A stretch of 63,621 nucleotides of DNA, filler included, from Reclinomonas americana ATCC 50394 (Eukaryota): the NCBI GenBank assembly GCA_048213135.1. It is 9 parts of 4 records of this genome, joined end to end, with 100 filler letters (N's around TTAATTAATTAA, not from the genome) between each part and the next. Parts side by side here need not be neighbours in the genome. Positions count along the whole stretch, not along the records: positions 16,818 to 40,504 come from PS015012.1; positions 40,605 to 48,592 come from PS015012.1; positions 48,693 to 51,586 come from PS015012.1; 6 more parts are not named here. The stretch is one strand, 5' to 3'. The translations under genes and the position numbers were made by a program. The notes beneath the pieces were generated by a model. The model saw only the letters and a program-made list of their open reading frames with translations, made no database searches and had not been told where the DNA came from. Numbering within the stretch: position 1 is the first letter of the stretch; the number at the start of each line of letters is the position of its first letter. Below are positions 24,715 through 51,686 of the stretch, one piece after another.

Positions 24715-38916
<14,202 letters not shown>

Positions 38917-39099
38917 GTGTCTGACTACCATCTGCCGCACAGCCGCACACACGCACTGTCTGGCGCTCTTCTCCGAATGTGTTGTTCTCGCGCGTGATGA
39001 GTCATGTGTCATGATGGTCCATCGATCATCGTTCTGCGTTTCGTGTGTCTGTGTGTGGCCTCTGTGAGTCTGTGTGCGTGTGTGTGCGTGTGTCTCGTC

Positions 39100-40441
39100 A
39101 TGGAGACACTGTCAGGCTTGGCGTCGTCCTCGTCCAAGCTCATGACGCTGAAGGTTCGCGAAGAAGTGTCTGAAAACCGACGCGCGTTGTGTCGGTTGTG
39201 AACGCACTCTCGCACACTCGCGCGCTCTCACTCTCTCTCTCTCTCTCGCAACACACACTCTCTATCACTTCCCCTCTCTTACTCATGTGAGCGCGCCTCA
39301 CGTTTTCCAATCTCGCGCTGATGGTTTGTCCGATCTCATTGCCCACACAGAGTGATGAGCTGGATCGCCTGCAACGAGAGAACGCCGAACTGCGACAGCA
39401 GCTGAGCTTCAAAGAGCGCAGTGTGACCGCCATTCGCACAAGTCTCTTGCAGGAAGTGGTGCGTATAGCGCACTCACTCACTCGCTTTGATGGTAGGTCA
39501 CTCATTCTCTCCGCTGCAGGTGCAGCTGCGTGAGCACATCCGCAAGCTGAGTGCTGCCGCTGCGTCGGCGGCGACCATGGGAGGCAGTCGCGGAGGAGCT
39601 CGTGCCAGCACACCGCCTCTTCCGTCGAGCATGTCATCGCCACCGCCATCAGCGGCCGACAGTGAAGTGCACAGTGTGTTTGACTGGCTAGGTGCGCGCT
39701 GCTGCTGTACGTGCGAGAGTGCGTGTCTGTGATGGTTGAAGCGTGCGGCGTGTGCGCAGCGTTTGCGGAAGAGGCCGCACGGCGATCGTTTGAGGCCGGG
39801 CTTGGTGTGGCAGTGGATGCGGCCGACATGGTGGACGAGTCGCATGCGGCTGCGCTGGCGGCGCTGGTGGGCGATGTGGAGCCGGTGGCGGTGCTGGAGG
39901 GCACGGAGATTGCGGATGTGTCGATGCTGGAGCGCATTCGGCGGTCGCCGCTGCGTGAGCCGGCGGTGTTGCGGGCGCGCTACGAGCAACTGTTGCAGCT
40001 GAAGCACGCCGAGGTGGAGGCGCTGCAGGCGTCGCTCACGGTGGCACTGGATGCCGCCGATCGCCTGCGCGCGGGCGACAAGCGCTCCTTTGCGCACGAT
40101 GAGGGTGGGTCTTGTGTACGCACAGTTGTCTCTTGGCTTTCTCAACTGACGTGATGGGCGATCAGAGACGACGCAGGCGATGCGAGCGCGCAGTGCACTG
40201 CTCGGCGACGAGACTGACAAGACTCCGTTCGCCAGCCGACAGGAACGCGATGTTCTGCGCCTCCTTCACCGTGCGGAGCACATGATGTCGGCGTTGACAG
40301 ACGCGGCGCAGGGTGAGCTGGCAAGTATCGAGGCTGAGGAGATGCTGGCGTCGCAGGCGCGTGAACGCGAAATCGGTCGTGTGCGTGTGCTACAAGAGGA
40401 GAACACTCGTCTGAAGGAGCGAGTGCGCGCCCTGGAAACGG
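39100..40441 (+). CDS. Hypothetical coiled-coil protein, 5' part
   Basis: Spliceable exons ELDRLQRENAELRQQL, YEQLLQLKHAEVEALQASL and RVLQEENTRLKERVRALET. Runs into a linker gap. Confidence 0.6.
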
Positions 40442-40604
40442 TATGGTGGTAATCATCTGTCCTGCCTGCCTGCCTGCCTGTCATTTCTTTCGTGTGTGTC
40501 TGCANNNNNNNNNNNNNNNNNNNNNNNNNNNNNNNNNNNNNNNNNNNNTTAATTAATTAANNNNNNNNNNNNNNNNNNNNNNNNNNNNNNNNNNNNNNNN
40601 NNNN

Positions 40605-42794
40605 TCCCTCCACCCCAACTTCACCGTCACTTGCCTCGCCACCGTCGCTGTCTTCATCCGCGTCGCCGTCTGGCTCGTCCACATCCGATACAATGGACAT
40701 GACCACGGCGTGAGTGCGCTGCACATCACAAGAGTGTGAAAGAGAGAACGACACTCGAGCCGGCACGGAGCACACTGACCACACGCGATGGAGACGAAAT
40801 CTCACTCCACGGAATGGGAGCGGCGGGTGGATCCGCAGGCGGCGAGGCCTCCTCCTGTGCAGCAACAACAGTCAGAGACGTTTTGCAACAGATTTCCCTC
40901 CCCCACATGTGTTGCCGCACCGGTGGTGTCTCTGCTACTGGCGGAACCTACACGCGAATTCCACAGTCAGAGTGAGCCAGAGCTGCAATTCAGGTCCTCT
41001 TCAAAAACACGCACGATTTGCGGCGCCTCTTTCTGGCGCGGCTGGCGTTCCGGCGACGCCGATGCATCCGTCTTGCTCGGCTTGTCGTCAGCCACCGTGA
41101 CACTACGACGTCGCTGATGTCGGGTGGCGGCTTCGGCGGCCGCAGTCGCTGCAGCCGCCGCAGCAACAGCCTCCGCCTGTCGCTGCTCGAGGTCAGCGAG
41201 CTGTTGTTGGAGTGTGCGAATCTGTAGGTCCTGTCGCTTCAGCTTCTCCTTCAGAACCCGCGTCCAGCGCCGCTGTTGTGCCGCACGCGGATCTTCGTTG
41301 TCCCTGGCCACCATGCTACCCAGTACTCCTGCCTCAACTGCTCGCAAAATGTCCTCGAGATCCATCGATGCCATGCTGCTGCCGCTCCGCGCACTCAACG
41401 GGAACTCGTCGAGTGCGCGGGCAGTCACTCCTCGCTCAGTGGCCGGGGCGCTGCCTGCTGGGGCGATCTTGGTGGTCGGCAGCGTGACGATGGTGGGCGG
41501 AGTGTACGGCGCACTCGGGCCACCAGCACTGTTCGATCTTGCCGTCGAATGCGGACGCGGCCGAGGCGGAAGTGCCTCGGTCATTGCGTCCCTTTCAGCG
41601 GCAGCGGCGGCGGCAGCGGCAGCAGCAGCAGCAGCAGTTGCGGCCGCCGCCTCTGCGGTTGCGATTGCTTCAGCTGCTGCGGTTGCGGCAGTGGTGGCGG
41701 CGTCCTCTGCCACTGCCAGCTGCTCACGGAGTGCCCGCTGTTCCCGATACGCCTCCGCGGTCACGTCGGCCAGCTTCTCCTCCAGTGTGCGACACGTGAC
41801 CGCGCTGTCGTCGGCGAGGCGACGAGCTTCGTCGAGTTGTCCCTTGTACTCCGCCTCCAGCTGCTGCACCGCTCGCTTCCGGTCGGCCTCGTTGGCACGA
41901 ATGGCGTCGGCTAGCTTTTGCTCGGCGGCCAACAGCGCTGCCGAGTGTCTCGACTCGTCCGCCAACACACGCTGCATGGGGGCGATTGGTGCCGTGTAAC
42001 AGGCGCAATACAGGCAGAGGGTGCGTGGTGTGACAATGAAGAGGCAGGCAGNNNNNNNNNNNNNNNNNNNNNNNNNNNNNNNNNNNNNNNNNNNNNNNNN
42101 NNNNNNNNNNNNNNNNNNNNNNNNNNNNNNNNNNNNNNNNNNNNNNNNNNNNNNNNNNNNNNNNNNNNNNNNNNNNNNNNNNNNNNNNNNNNNNNNNNNN
42201 NNNNNNNNNNNNNNNNNNNNNNNNNNNNNNNNNNNNNNNNNNNNNNNNNNNNNNNNNNNNNNNNNNNNNNNNNNNNNNNNNNNNNNNNNNNNNNNNNNNN
42301 NNNNNNNNNNNNNNNNNNNNNNNNNNNNNNNNNNNNNNNNNNNNNNNNNNNNNNNNNNNNNNNNNNNNNNNNNNCAGCGGTGGTGGCGACGGCGGCGGCG
42401 ATTCCTCGTCCTCCTCTTCTGCTTCGAACTCGTCCGTCTGTACGCTAATGTCGTGTACCGGTGGCGCGATCACACACTGAATGCCGACGTCGTCTGCGTC
42501 ATCGAACATGGTCTGTGTCGAGCAGTCTCTCCCTGCGGGTGGGGTTGGAGCATCCATCCACTCGGCAGGCGTCTGACAGGGTGCCGACTCCGCGTCCACC
42601 AGCATCGCCACAAGACCATCACGCCACACAAGCGGCGTCTGCGAGGCTCGTGTGAGTCCTCGACCACCGGCGGCATCGTGCGGCGCCTGCGAAAGAGGCG
42701 ATGAGCAGGGGATGGGCAGTGAGAGGTATTTCCAACGCGTCGAGCATACCACGTTCCGCCTGGCCATTGTCTGGTGCTCTGTGGAGCCCGTGGC
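40605..42794 (-). CDS. Coiled-coil/low-complexity coding segments, possibly the inverted middle of the 39100-44000 gene
   Basis: 336-aa ORF 40967-41977 with heptads (QQLEAEYKGQLDEARR, LKRQDLQIRTLQQQLADLE). Reading frames appear open towards the flanking gaps. Confidence 0.55.
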
Positions 42795-42889
42795 NNNNNN
42801 NNNNNNNNNNNNNNNNNNNNNNNNNNNNNNNNNNNNNNNNNNNNNNNNNNNNNNNNNNNNNNNNNNNNNNNNNNNNNNNNNNNNNNNNN

Positions 42890-44004
42890 TCACCACCACC
42901 TGTGCGTCACGCGGTCTCGCCAAGTACGAACTCTATTCTCGAACCGTGGCGAGCCGAGACACCAACTACTGCAGAACCGGCTGTCACATCGCCACCAGCA
43001 CCATTACCGCCTCGCAACTTGTTGATGAATGCAGTGGTGCGTGAGCAGGAGCCGCAGAGCCAGCAGCGCCGACGGCACTTGCACATGAGCGAGTACTCGA
43101 AGCAGCGATCGCCCGAGGCGGCGTATCAGGGCCCACTTCGGCCAAACCTGCGCTGGGTTCCACCGCACGATCGCCATCGCGATGTGCTCGGGGAGTCACT
43201 GGATCTCTTGCATGTGTCCGCGGCGCTGACGACTGCGGCAGTCGCCGCCAGCGAGTTGGCCTCCTCACCATTGTCGTCGTCGCCAGAGGCGCTTCGTGGC
43301 TCACTTGTCCGCCGGCGCGGATCGCTGAACGAGGTGTGTGTGTATATCTGTGTGGCTGCTATGAAAACATAGGTGGCTGATATCGCACAGGGCCGGTTGC
43401 CCGAGAGCCCACCCAATCTTGTATCGCCGAGCAGCCTGAATGACTTGCAAGTTCCTGCCAATGTGCGCAGCATGTCGTGGCGCAAGACGCCGCCGCCGAA
43501 TCGCGCAGGCACGGCCGGTCGATCTGGCACGGCGGCGGCCTTGGAGAGCACAGCACGTGCCAGTCCACAACCCAAGTCGCGCCCTTCGCCGCTGCGATCG
43601 GCTGACTTTTCACCGGTCACTGGCCTACCGACGAGTCCGTTTGCCGACACGGAAGAGAGGCATCTCATTCCGTTAGCACTCAGTCGCGATCCCAGTCCAC
43701 CGCGCACTGCCGCCCCTGCCGGGGCGACAGCGGATGCCGCGCCGCCAGTCAATGCTGCACTGGTAGCTGCGGCGGCCGAGGACATGTTGGCATCATCGAG
43801 AAGCACATTGTGTGGCTTTGGTGGTGGGCCAGTGTCGCAGCAGGCGGTGGACTCACCGACGGCCGCAGCCGAGGTTGCTGGTGTTCCAGTTGCGCCTTCT
43901 TCCCCACTCGCGCGTGTGTGTTAATTTTGCGTGTTGCAGAGCCCTGCGCATTCCCGCCCTCCCAGCACTCCTTCGCGACATGCCGTGCAGTTGCCTCCAA
44001 TATG
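42890..44004 (+). CDS. Hypothetical Pro/Ser-rich disordered coding segment (3' part)
   Basis: ORFs 42890-43333 and 43373-43924 join through a short gtgtgt..tag intron. The 3' end is uncertain. Confidence 0.45.
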
Positions 44005-44106
44005 AGGCGCGCACCACACATGCAGCAATGAGTCAGTCATCAAATGTAGTTTTGCACAGCTTCTTCATTCTCTCTTTTCAACGTTTTCAATGTCTGTCGT
44101 CGTATT

Positions 44107-47100
44107 TCACGTGGAGCGCGACGGCATGGGAGTGGGCGGCATCGTCATCGGTCGCGCGGCGGCGTTGGACGGTGACGTGGCAGCGGCCTTCTTAGTCGCC
44201 TTGCCTCGACGGCGTGGCGAGCGGGTGCCGGAGCGCGGTGACTGCGGCGGCGACGCGTAAGCACCCTCGTGATCAGCCAGGTTCGGGCACGTCAGCGGAG
44301 CTGTGCCGTGATCGGCATACTCGGCCGCCGAAGCCACCTCGGGAGCAGCAGCAGCAGCAGCAGCAGCTGTGGGCGACAACGGCTGCTTCCGGCGGCGAGT
44401 GATCTTGCGCACGAGTCGTGTCTGCACCGGTTGCTGGGTCGACGCTCCACTACCACCAAAGTCGGTGGTGCTCACAGCACGCGGGGCAGTCTCCATCTGG
44501 TCCGCCGGCGCAGACCGGAAGTGGTTCATCGGCAGCGTCATGGCTGCACCGCCGACAGAAAAGGCATCGGCCATCGACGAATACTGGTCGCTCAAAGACG
44601 ACACATCAATCAAGGCGTCGTCCTCCTCCTGCGGCGAATGCGGATACAACATCGAGGCCGCGGGCTGCTCAGCTCCAGCCAATGCGGCGAGTGCCGGCAG
44701 CTCCTCGGTAGATTTGGCGATCGTCGGTGGCGGCGGAAGCAAGTCGGCCGCCGACGACAACGTGGTCTCAAAGTGTCGCGGACGAAGCGGAACAACTCCG
44801 AGACCGTACGGCGTCGGCATTGTCAACGGCGCAGCAGTCATCGGCACAGGGCGTCCTCTGACAGGCGGCATGGTGGCCGGTCGCGTTTCCAGCTCGCGCA
44901 CGCGTCCTTGCAGCTCCGTGAGCGATGCAGTGACGGTCTCGGTCATTGACCGATCGGCCGCTGCCGCCTGAAGAGCAAGCACCAAGGCGCGACGAGCTTC
45001 CTCCAGCTCAGCTCGCAGACGAATCGATTCGTCCGACTGCTGCTCCATTTGGAATCTGCGATGGTTGGCGCTGTTGCGTGAGCGGCGAGAAACGCAGCAC
45101 GCTAATTTTCTAAACACTCCCGTACCGTTGAGAGGGCGACGGTGGCAACTCTGAGGCCGCCTCCGCAGCTTCGTCTGTCTCCAACGGCGGCGGAAGCGGT
45201 GACGTCGACGATGAATGCATGACTGCTGCGTTAACAGTCGGCATAATGGTCATCAGTGGCGAGAGCGCGGCATCGCGGCTGGTGGCGGCAGGTGCGCTGT
45301 TTGTGGCAATACGTCAGAATGCGAAATGAAAGACTAGAAGCTACGCTTTGCAAGCAAGTACCTCAGCATGGCCTCGTCGTCGAACCTGACCGGCGACGAA
45401 CCCGCTTCACAACGCATGGTTGGTGGAGCTGAGAGCCGTGCGCTCAGCGAGCCCGCCGACGACGAGCGTGCCACCGGAGCAAACGACGACATGGACGCCG
45501 GAGCACTCTCGGCCACAATGGCGCGCGGTGTCACGGGGCTGACGCTGACCGACACCTCAGTGTGCGCCGTCGACGACGACGCCACAGGCGCGAAGTGTTC
45601 TGCGGCCACCGGGGGAGAGACGGCGACAGGCAGCGGACTGGCAGTGCCATCATCCGCCTGCATTGCTGGAGACGGTGCAAAGGAGGCAAACGAGACAGTG
45701 CTCTCGCAGCCCAGACGCTGACTGCCACGAGCCGCCTCCATCAGCGACGCTGCATTCATCAACAACAGCTGCGCCTGCGCTTCCAGCTGCAGAGCACGTT
45801 CGCTCAGCTGACGAGCCTGTGGGGTATTGTCACGTGAGCATGCATCACAGAATCACAGGGCGACAAGAGGGGCGGGGACAAACCAGTGAAGCAGAGACCT
45901 GTTGCGTCGGAGGCGCGTCATACTCGGCTGTCGCCGAGCGCATGGACTGCGACGGCGACGCGGCCGTGGGCGAGCGCATCGACTCGGATGCCGGGGCGTA
46001 CTGGAGCGCAGAAGGAGCCGGTGACGGCGCTGCCATGGAGCGCATCGACTGCGGAGCCGGTGACTGTGACATCGACTTCGACGGTGACGCGGCCGTGGGC
46101 GAGCGCATCGACTCGGGTGCCGGGGCGTATTGCAGCGCAGAGGGAGCCGGTGACGGTGCCGCCATGGAGCGCATCGACTGCGGAGCCGGTGACTGCGACA
46201 TGGAATGCGACGGCGACGCGGCCGTNNNNNNNNNNNNNNNNNNNNNNNNNNNNNNNNNNNNNNNNNNNNNNNNNNNNNNNNNNNNNNNNNNNNNNNNNNN
46301 NNNNNNNNNNNNNNNNNNNNNNNNNNNNNNNNNNNNNNNNNNNNNNNNNNNNNNNNNNNNNNNNNNNNNNNNNNNNNNNNNNNNNNNNNNNNNNNNNNNN
46401 GCGCCGCCACTGGAGCGCATCGACTGCGGAGCCGGTGACTGTGACATCGACTTCGACGGTGACGCGGCCGTGGGCGAGCGCATCGACTCGGGTGCCGGGG
46501 CGTACTGCAGCGCAGAGGGCGCCGGCGACGGCGCCGCCATGGAGCGCATCGACTGCGGAGCCGGTGACTGTGACATCGACTTCGACGGTGACGCAGCCGT
46601 GGGCGAGCGCATCGACTCGGGTGCCGGGGCGTACTGCAGCGCAGAGGGCGCCGGTGATGGTGCCGCCATGGAGCGCATCGACTGCGGAGCCGGTGACTGC
46701 GACATGGACTGCGACGGCGACGCGGCGGTCGGTGAGCGCATCGACTCGGGTGCCGGGGCGTACTGCAGCGCAGAGGGCGCCGGCGACGGTGCCGCCATGG
46801 AGCGCATCGACTGCGACGGCGACGCGGCGGAGGGCGAGCGCATAGACTCGGGTGCCGGGCCGTACTGCAGCGCAGAGGGAGCCGGCGACGGTGCCGCCAT
46901 GGAGCGCATCGACTGCGGAGCCGGTGACTGCGACATGGACTGCGACGCGGTCGAAGGCGAGCGCGGTGCGGCGGCCAGTGGCGAACGAGATCGACCAGAC
47001 TGCTGCTGCCCCGCCGCGGTCGGCGAATGGTTGGACGACAGCGGAGAGCGAGCGCGCGACGACGGTCGGGCAGGCGACTGCGCGGCAGTGGCCATGGAGC

Positions 47101-48592
47101 TGCGCGAGGACGACGTCGGCGACGCCACTTCAATAGGCTCCACCTGTGAGCCACCGTAGTACGCGTGCACAGGCGAGTCCGTGCCACTTGGCGTGGTGTA
47201 CGCCGAGAGCGACCGCGCATGAGGCGAAGCGGCACTACCGGAGGGTGACGCAGGAGAGCCGCGCCATGTGCTGATATTCGAGTCACGCGGCACCGCGCGT
47301 TGCACAGACTCGGCAGGCAGCTGGGCCATGTGGTTCACAGGAGTGGCAGCAAGTGCGCGAGTCGGCATGGCCATGACATCCGTCATGGAGGCAATCGACT
47401 GCAGCGACTGCTTCGCTGGTGACGCCACGCTGGCTGGCGGCGCAGCAACTGCCGGCATCGGTGCAGCACCGGTTGAGGCGAGATCCCACGGCAGGGACAT
47501 TTCCGACTCGACGGGGCTGGCGCTCGAGTGGCGAGCGGAGGGGGAACCGCTCATGAGGGCAGAGCCACTGGATGTGCGGCGCATCGACGACGGCGACTGC
47601 ACAGGCATGGTCATCATTCGATTCGACGGCGACTCGACCTGCTTCTTCGAAGTCGGCGCCATGGCAAAGGCCGAGGCCGGCGGGCTACGAAGCACATATT
47701 CCGCGTCGTCAGGCACAGAGGGACGGCGAGTCGCCTTGGCCTCCGCAGCCGGCGCGGCCGGCGACGACTGGGTACGCTGATGCAGAGGTGACGCTGACGT
47801 GCCCTTGCCAGTCGACACTGGCGACGCGCTACCGTTCTGCATCTCGTTCGACGTAGAGGAACGACGGGTGGTCGAGGGCGACCGTTTCTGCATCGTCGGA
47901 GGCGCCGCAGAGTTGATGGAGTAGAGATCCAAGCTGAGGCTCTCCGTAGGCGCATCGTCGTCCTCTGTCGTCGACGGTCGGCGAGTGGGCTGCGGCTGAG
48001 GAGCTGCCGCGGTGCGCTGGCGCATCGGAGAGGCCGCCTTCTTGGACATCGACATGCTCGACGCCACATCCGCGTAGACGCTTTCGGTCGGCGCATCATC
48101 CTCCGTCATCGACTGACGGTGCATCGACGGGTGAGCAGGCGACGACGGAGTGCGCTGGCGCAGCGGCGAGGCGCTCTTCTTCGCAATGGGCGAAGCAGCA
48201 GCCGACACCGACGATGGCGAGCGCGTGTCCACTGCGTCCGTGTACACGCTCTGCATGTCGTCCGGAACCGAGGGCCGCCGACTCAAGCGCATCTGCTGGG
48301 AGACCGGCGACGTGACGGACTTGTGCTGCTGCTGCGGCGGCGGCGGCGGGCTCATGAAGGACGCGGGGTCGGTGCAGAGATTCTCTGTCGCCTCGTCATC
48401 GTCGTATTCGTGGCTGCCACGCGAAGGAGTGCCGCGCATCGACTGCATGGCAGTCGTGGGCGTCTGTCGTCGCACCGGCGAGGCTGCCTTCCTCGTCATG
48501 GAGATCTCCGACGCCACATCGGCGTACACGCTCTCCGTGGGCGCATCGTCAATGGTCAGCGCCGATGACGAGCGTCGGCGCTGCATCTGCGA
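44107..48592 (-). CDS. Large Ser/Pro-rich disordered protein with 43-aa tandem repeats and a short C-terminal coiled coil
   Basis: 913-aa ORF 45845-48586 appears to join ORFs 45334-45765 and 44107-45117. Introns at ~45361-45297 and ~45125-45056 are frame-consistent. Stop at 44107. Confidence 0.65.
45935..46950 (-). repeat. Coding minisatellite, 129-bp unit (SMSQSPAPQSMRSMAAPSPAPSALQYAPAPESMRSPTAASPS[K/Q])
   Basis: gagcgcatcgactgcggagccggtgactg recurs at 46413, 46542 and 46671 (129-bp spacing). The array is interrupted by an N-gap. Confidence 0.95.
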
Positions 48593-48958
48593 NNNNNNNN
48601 NNNNNNNNNNNNNNNNNNNNNNNNNNNNNNNNNNNNTTAATTAATTAANNNNNNNNNNNNNNNNNNNNNNNNNNNNNNNNNNNNNNNNNNNNTCTGTTCT
48701 CCTCACAAATTGCACACTTAAAGAAAGCGAGGTACCGAGTGTGCGGATACACACAGAAAAGAAAGAATTCAACGCAACAACAACAACAACAGCAACAACA
48801 ACAATAGGAGCAAAGGGGAAAGCAGTGGGAAAGGGGAAATTCAACAACACAACTGCATGAAAAGAAAGGGGGGCACAAGTACTAATAATTGGCAACAGCA
48901 ACACATTGAAAAACAAGGGGTGGTAGAGGGAATGCACAGCGAAAGCATGTGGTTCCCA

Positions 48959-49313
48959 TTACGCGGGCTCCTTCAACAAATCGTCAATGGCGCCGAGCAG
49001 CTTGACACGCATGCCGTACTGCTCGATGCCCAACTCCTCCTTGAGCACCGTCAAATTCAGCGTCTGCAAAATGTCGCCGCTAATGGCGTTGGCCTCAAAG
49101 GCCGGCGCAAACTGGTGCAGGTCATCGTCGAGCGATCGGACCCAGTCAGCCACCTAAAAAATACACACACGATTAGTGCACGGCAATCGCAGAGACGTAT
49201 GATGCGGTGACTCAAAAAAAGCGCACCTGCGACACGTTCCACGACAGAGTGCCGGGCTTGCGCTCCGTGAACGAGAAGCTCGGACGGAAGGCACCGCCGA
49301 ACGCGTCCCAGCC
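48959..49313 (-). CDS. SAM (sterile alpha motif) domain; possibly the N-terminal part of the 44107-48592 gene
   Basis: LSWNVSQ|VADWVRSL...FEANAISGDILQTL....LKEELGI...GMRVKLLGAIDDL. A gtaatg donor overlaps the apparent stop. Confidence 0.85.
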
Positions 49314-50094
49314 NNNNNNNNNNNNNNNNNNNNNNNNNNNNNNNNNNNNNNNNNNNNNNNNNNNNNNNNNNNNNNNNNNNNNNNNNNNNNNNNNNNNNNN
49401 NNNNNNNNNNNNNNNNNNNNNNNNNNNNNNNNNNNNNNNNNNNNNNNNNNNNNNNNNNNNNNNNNNNNNNNNNNNNNNNNNNNNNNNNNNNNNNNNNNNN
49501 NNNNNNNNNNNNNNNNNNNNNNNNNNNNNNNNNNNNNNNNNNNNNNNNNNNNNNNNNNNNNNNNNNNNNNNNNNNNNNNNNNNNNNNNNNNNNNNNNNNN
49601 NNNNNNNNNNNNNNNNNNNNNNNNNNNNNNNNNNNNNNNNNNNNNNNNNNNNNNNNNNNNNNNNNNNNNNNNNNNNNNNNNNNNNNNNNNNNGGTTCGAG
49701 TGTTGCTTCTGTACGTAGTTTCACCGCCGGGCAGTGATGCCGCCCAATTGGCTGGGGCGCATCGTTGCTGAGTGCCTGCGAGTGGTGATTTCACTTTTTT
49801 TTGGCCTGCCTTCTCGTGTCATAGTAGGATTTGTTTTGGTTTTTCTCGTCGCCCACCGACGCCCTAGTTTGTGTATGCCTCGTCCCGGCGCTTTTTGTGG
49901 CCTCGGCGTCACGCGAGTCGACGTTTGTGACGTCAGCTGTGGCCAGCTGTGGATGGGGCGTTTTCTTTTCTTCTCAATCATTTCTTTTTTACAAGAAAAT
50001 GAACTGAAAATGCTGGCAGCGAAAGCCGTTCACTTAAAGAGTGTCACACGTCACATGAAGCGAGTGGCGACCTGCTGCTGCCGGCACTACACTC

Positions 50095-51482
50095 TTATCC
50101 GGTGCGCAGAATAATGTGGACACCCGAGTCTGACGACACCTGCGCGCACACACACACAGTGATGAGTGAGAGTGTGACCGGCGGGGAAGGGAGCTGGTTG
50201 CACGCAACAATGTCGCTCAGCTCGCCCACCTTGAGCGCATAGCTGTGATGTGTGCGAGTCAGCAGCGGGGTGGGTGGGGTGGAGGAAAGGGGCGGGAGAG
50301 AGAGAAAGAGATAATGCAAGCAGACGAGAAGCATCGCGCTTGCCGGAGCCTGCATAGGACGTGCAAAGGCAGAGAAAACTACTGATTGATAATGCGACAA
50401 GTCGAGAGAGGCTGTGATGTGAATGCCAATAGTGAAGGAAAGGAGAGTGTAAAGAAAGGAAAAACAACTCGTCAGATCCATGGCAGTGCAAAGGATGAGG
50501 AATGGCGTGCCACTGAATGCTTGGGAGCGAGTCAGCAAGGGAGGGAGAAAGAACAACTCGCCAGACCCTTGATGGTTCACAAGACGCAGAATGGAAGAGC
50601 AAAACAAAGAGAGAGGGAGGGTGTGGGAAAGAGTGAGAACAACTCGCAGGATCTTCATGGTGCACAAGACGGAGAAGGTAAGAGCAAAGCATAGCATAGA
50701 GAGGTAGGGAGGGTGTGAGAAAGAGAGTGAGAACAACACGCCAGGTTTGCGATACGATGAGGGACAGCGAGCATGAGCGTGTACATGAAAGAGAGTAAAG
50801 AGCGAGTCAGGGAGGCAAAAGTACCGAGAACACTGAATCGTGGCAATCAACTTCTTCCACACTCTCCCTCGCTCTCTCCCGACGACGCAACGTGGCATCC
50901 TCAAACGGCTTCTGCATCTGTCCGCGGCCAAACACGCCCAGATCACCTCCTTTCTGCTCACACCACCACCACCATCAACACGCAAGGGAGTGAGAGACGA
51001 CCAACGAATCACACCACCGCACCGACGCCGAGCTGCAGTCGGAGAACTCAGAGGCCAGCTCCTCAAACGACTTGGCGCCGCTGACAATCTGCTCACGGTA
51101 GCCACGCAGGATCTCAATGGCGTCCTCCTTGCTGCGCGTGATCCTCTCCTCGCGCCACGACGACGGGCGACGCGAGTCGCGGTGCTTTACCAACAAATGC
51201 GAGGCGCGGACAGTAGCTGAGCGAGAAAAAGAGAGAGAGAGACACACACACACACATGGAGCATTCAGGCACATGACAGCGCGCAGAGAGACAGAGAGAG
51301 ACGGAGGCGAAGGGGCGGAAAGAGAGAGAGGAGAGAGTGTGAGAAAGAATCACAAGCACACCGGCGGCACCGGAGGAGCCCGCCGCCTGTGGTGGTCTCT
51401 CCCATGAGCTCTCGCCAGTGACCGTGTTGAAGTAGTACTTGCGGCCGGGATGCGAGGAGCTCTCGCGTTCAATCCATTCCGC
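50095..51482 (-). CDS. PIN1: PIN1/Ess1 peptidyl-prolyl isomerase (WW + parvulin); start exon probably in the gap
   Basis: WW domain [29 protein letters not shown]. Parvulin [21 protein letters not shown]...[53 protein letters not shown]. Confidence 0.96.
50462..50745. repeat. Degenerate ~80-95 bp tandem repeat (~3.3 copies) inside the 649-nt PIN1 intron
   Basis: aacaac(t/a)cg..ag units start at ~50462, 50542, 50638 and 50732. Copies 2 and 3 share atgg..cacaagacg.agaa...aagagcaaa...gggagggtgtg.gaaagag. Confidence 0.75.
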
Positions 51483-51529
51483 TATGCACACGAGTAGGTG
51501 ATGATGTGGAGGGTGGACACAAGAGAGAC

Positions 51530-51579
<50 letters not shown>

Positions 51580-51686
51580 TCATCATNNNNNNNNNNNNNN
51601 NNNNNNNNNNNNNNNNNNNNNNNNNNNNNNTTAATTAATTAANNNNNNNNNNNNNNNNNNNNNNNNNNNNNNNNNNNNNNNNNNNN

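Noticed and set aside
40605-42794. Nested antisense gene inside the 39100-44000 locus
   Set aside because: It is gap-flanked with frames open towards the gaps, so probably inverted contigs of one gene. Unresolved.
45935-46950. CRISPR-like array
   Set aside because: Contiguous coding tandem repeats with no unique spacers, no cas genes and a eukaryotic context.
45663-47159. Long plus-strand ORF with ERIDCGAGDCD repeats, and other long antisense ORFs (e.g. 30484-31794, 37649-38548, 51631-53348)
   Set aside because: These are shadow frames of GC-rich or repetitive coding sequence. Splice signals and motifs support the opposite strand.
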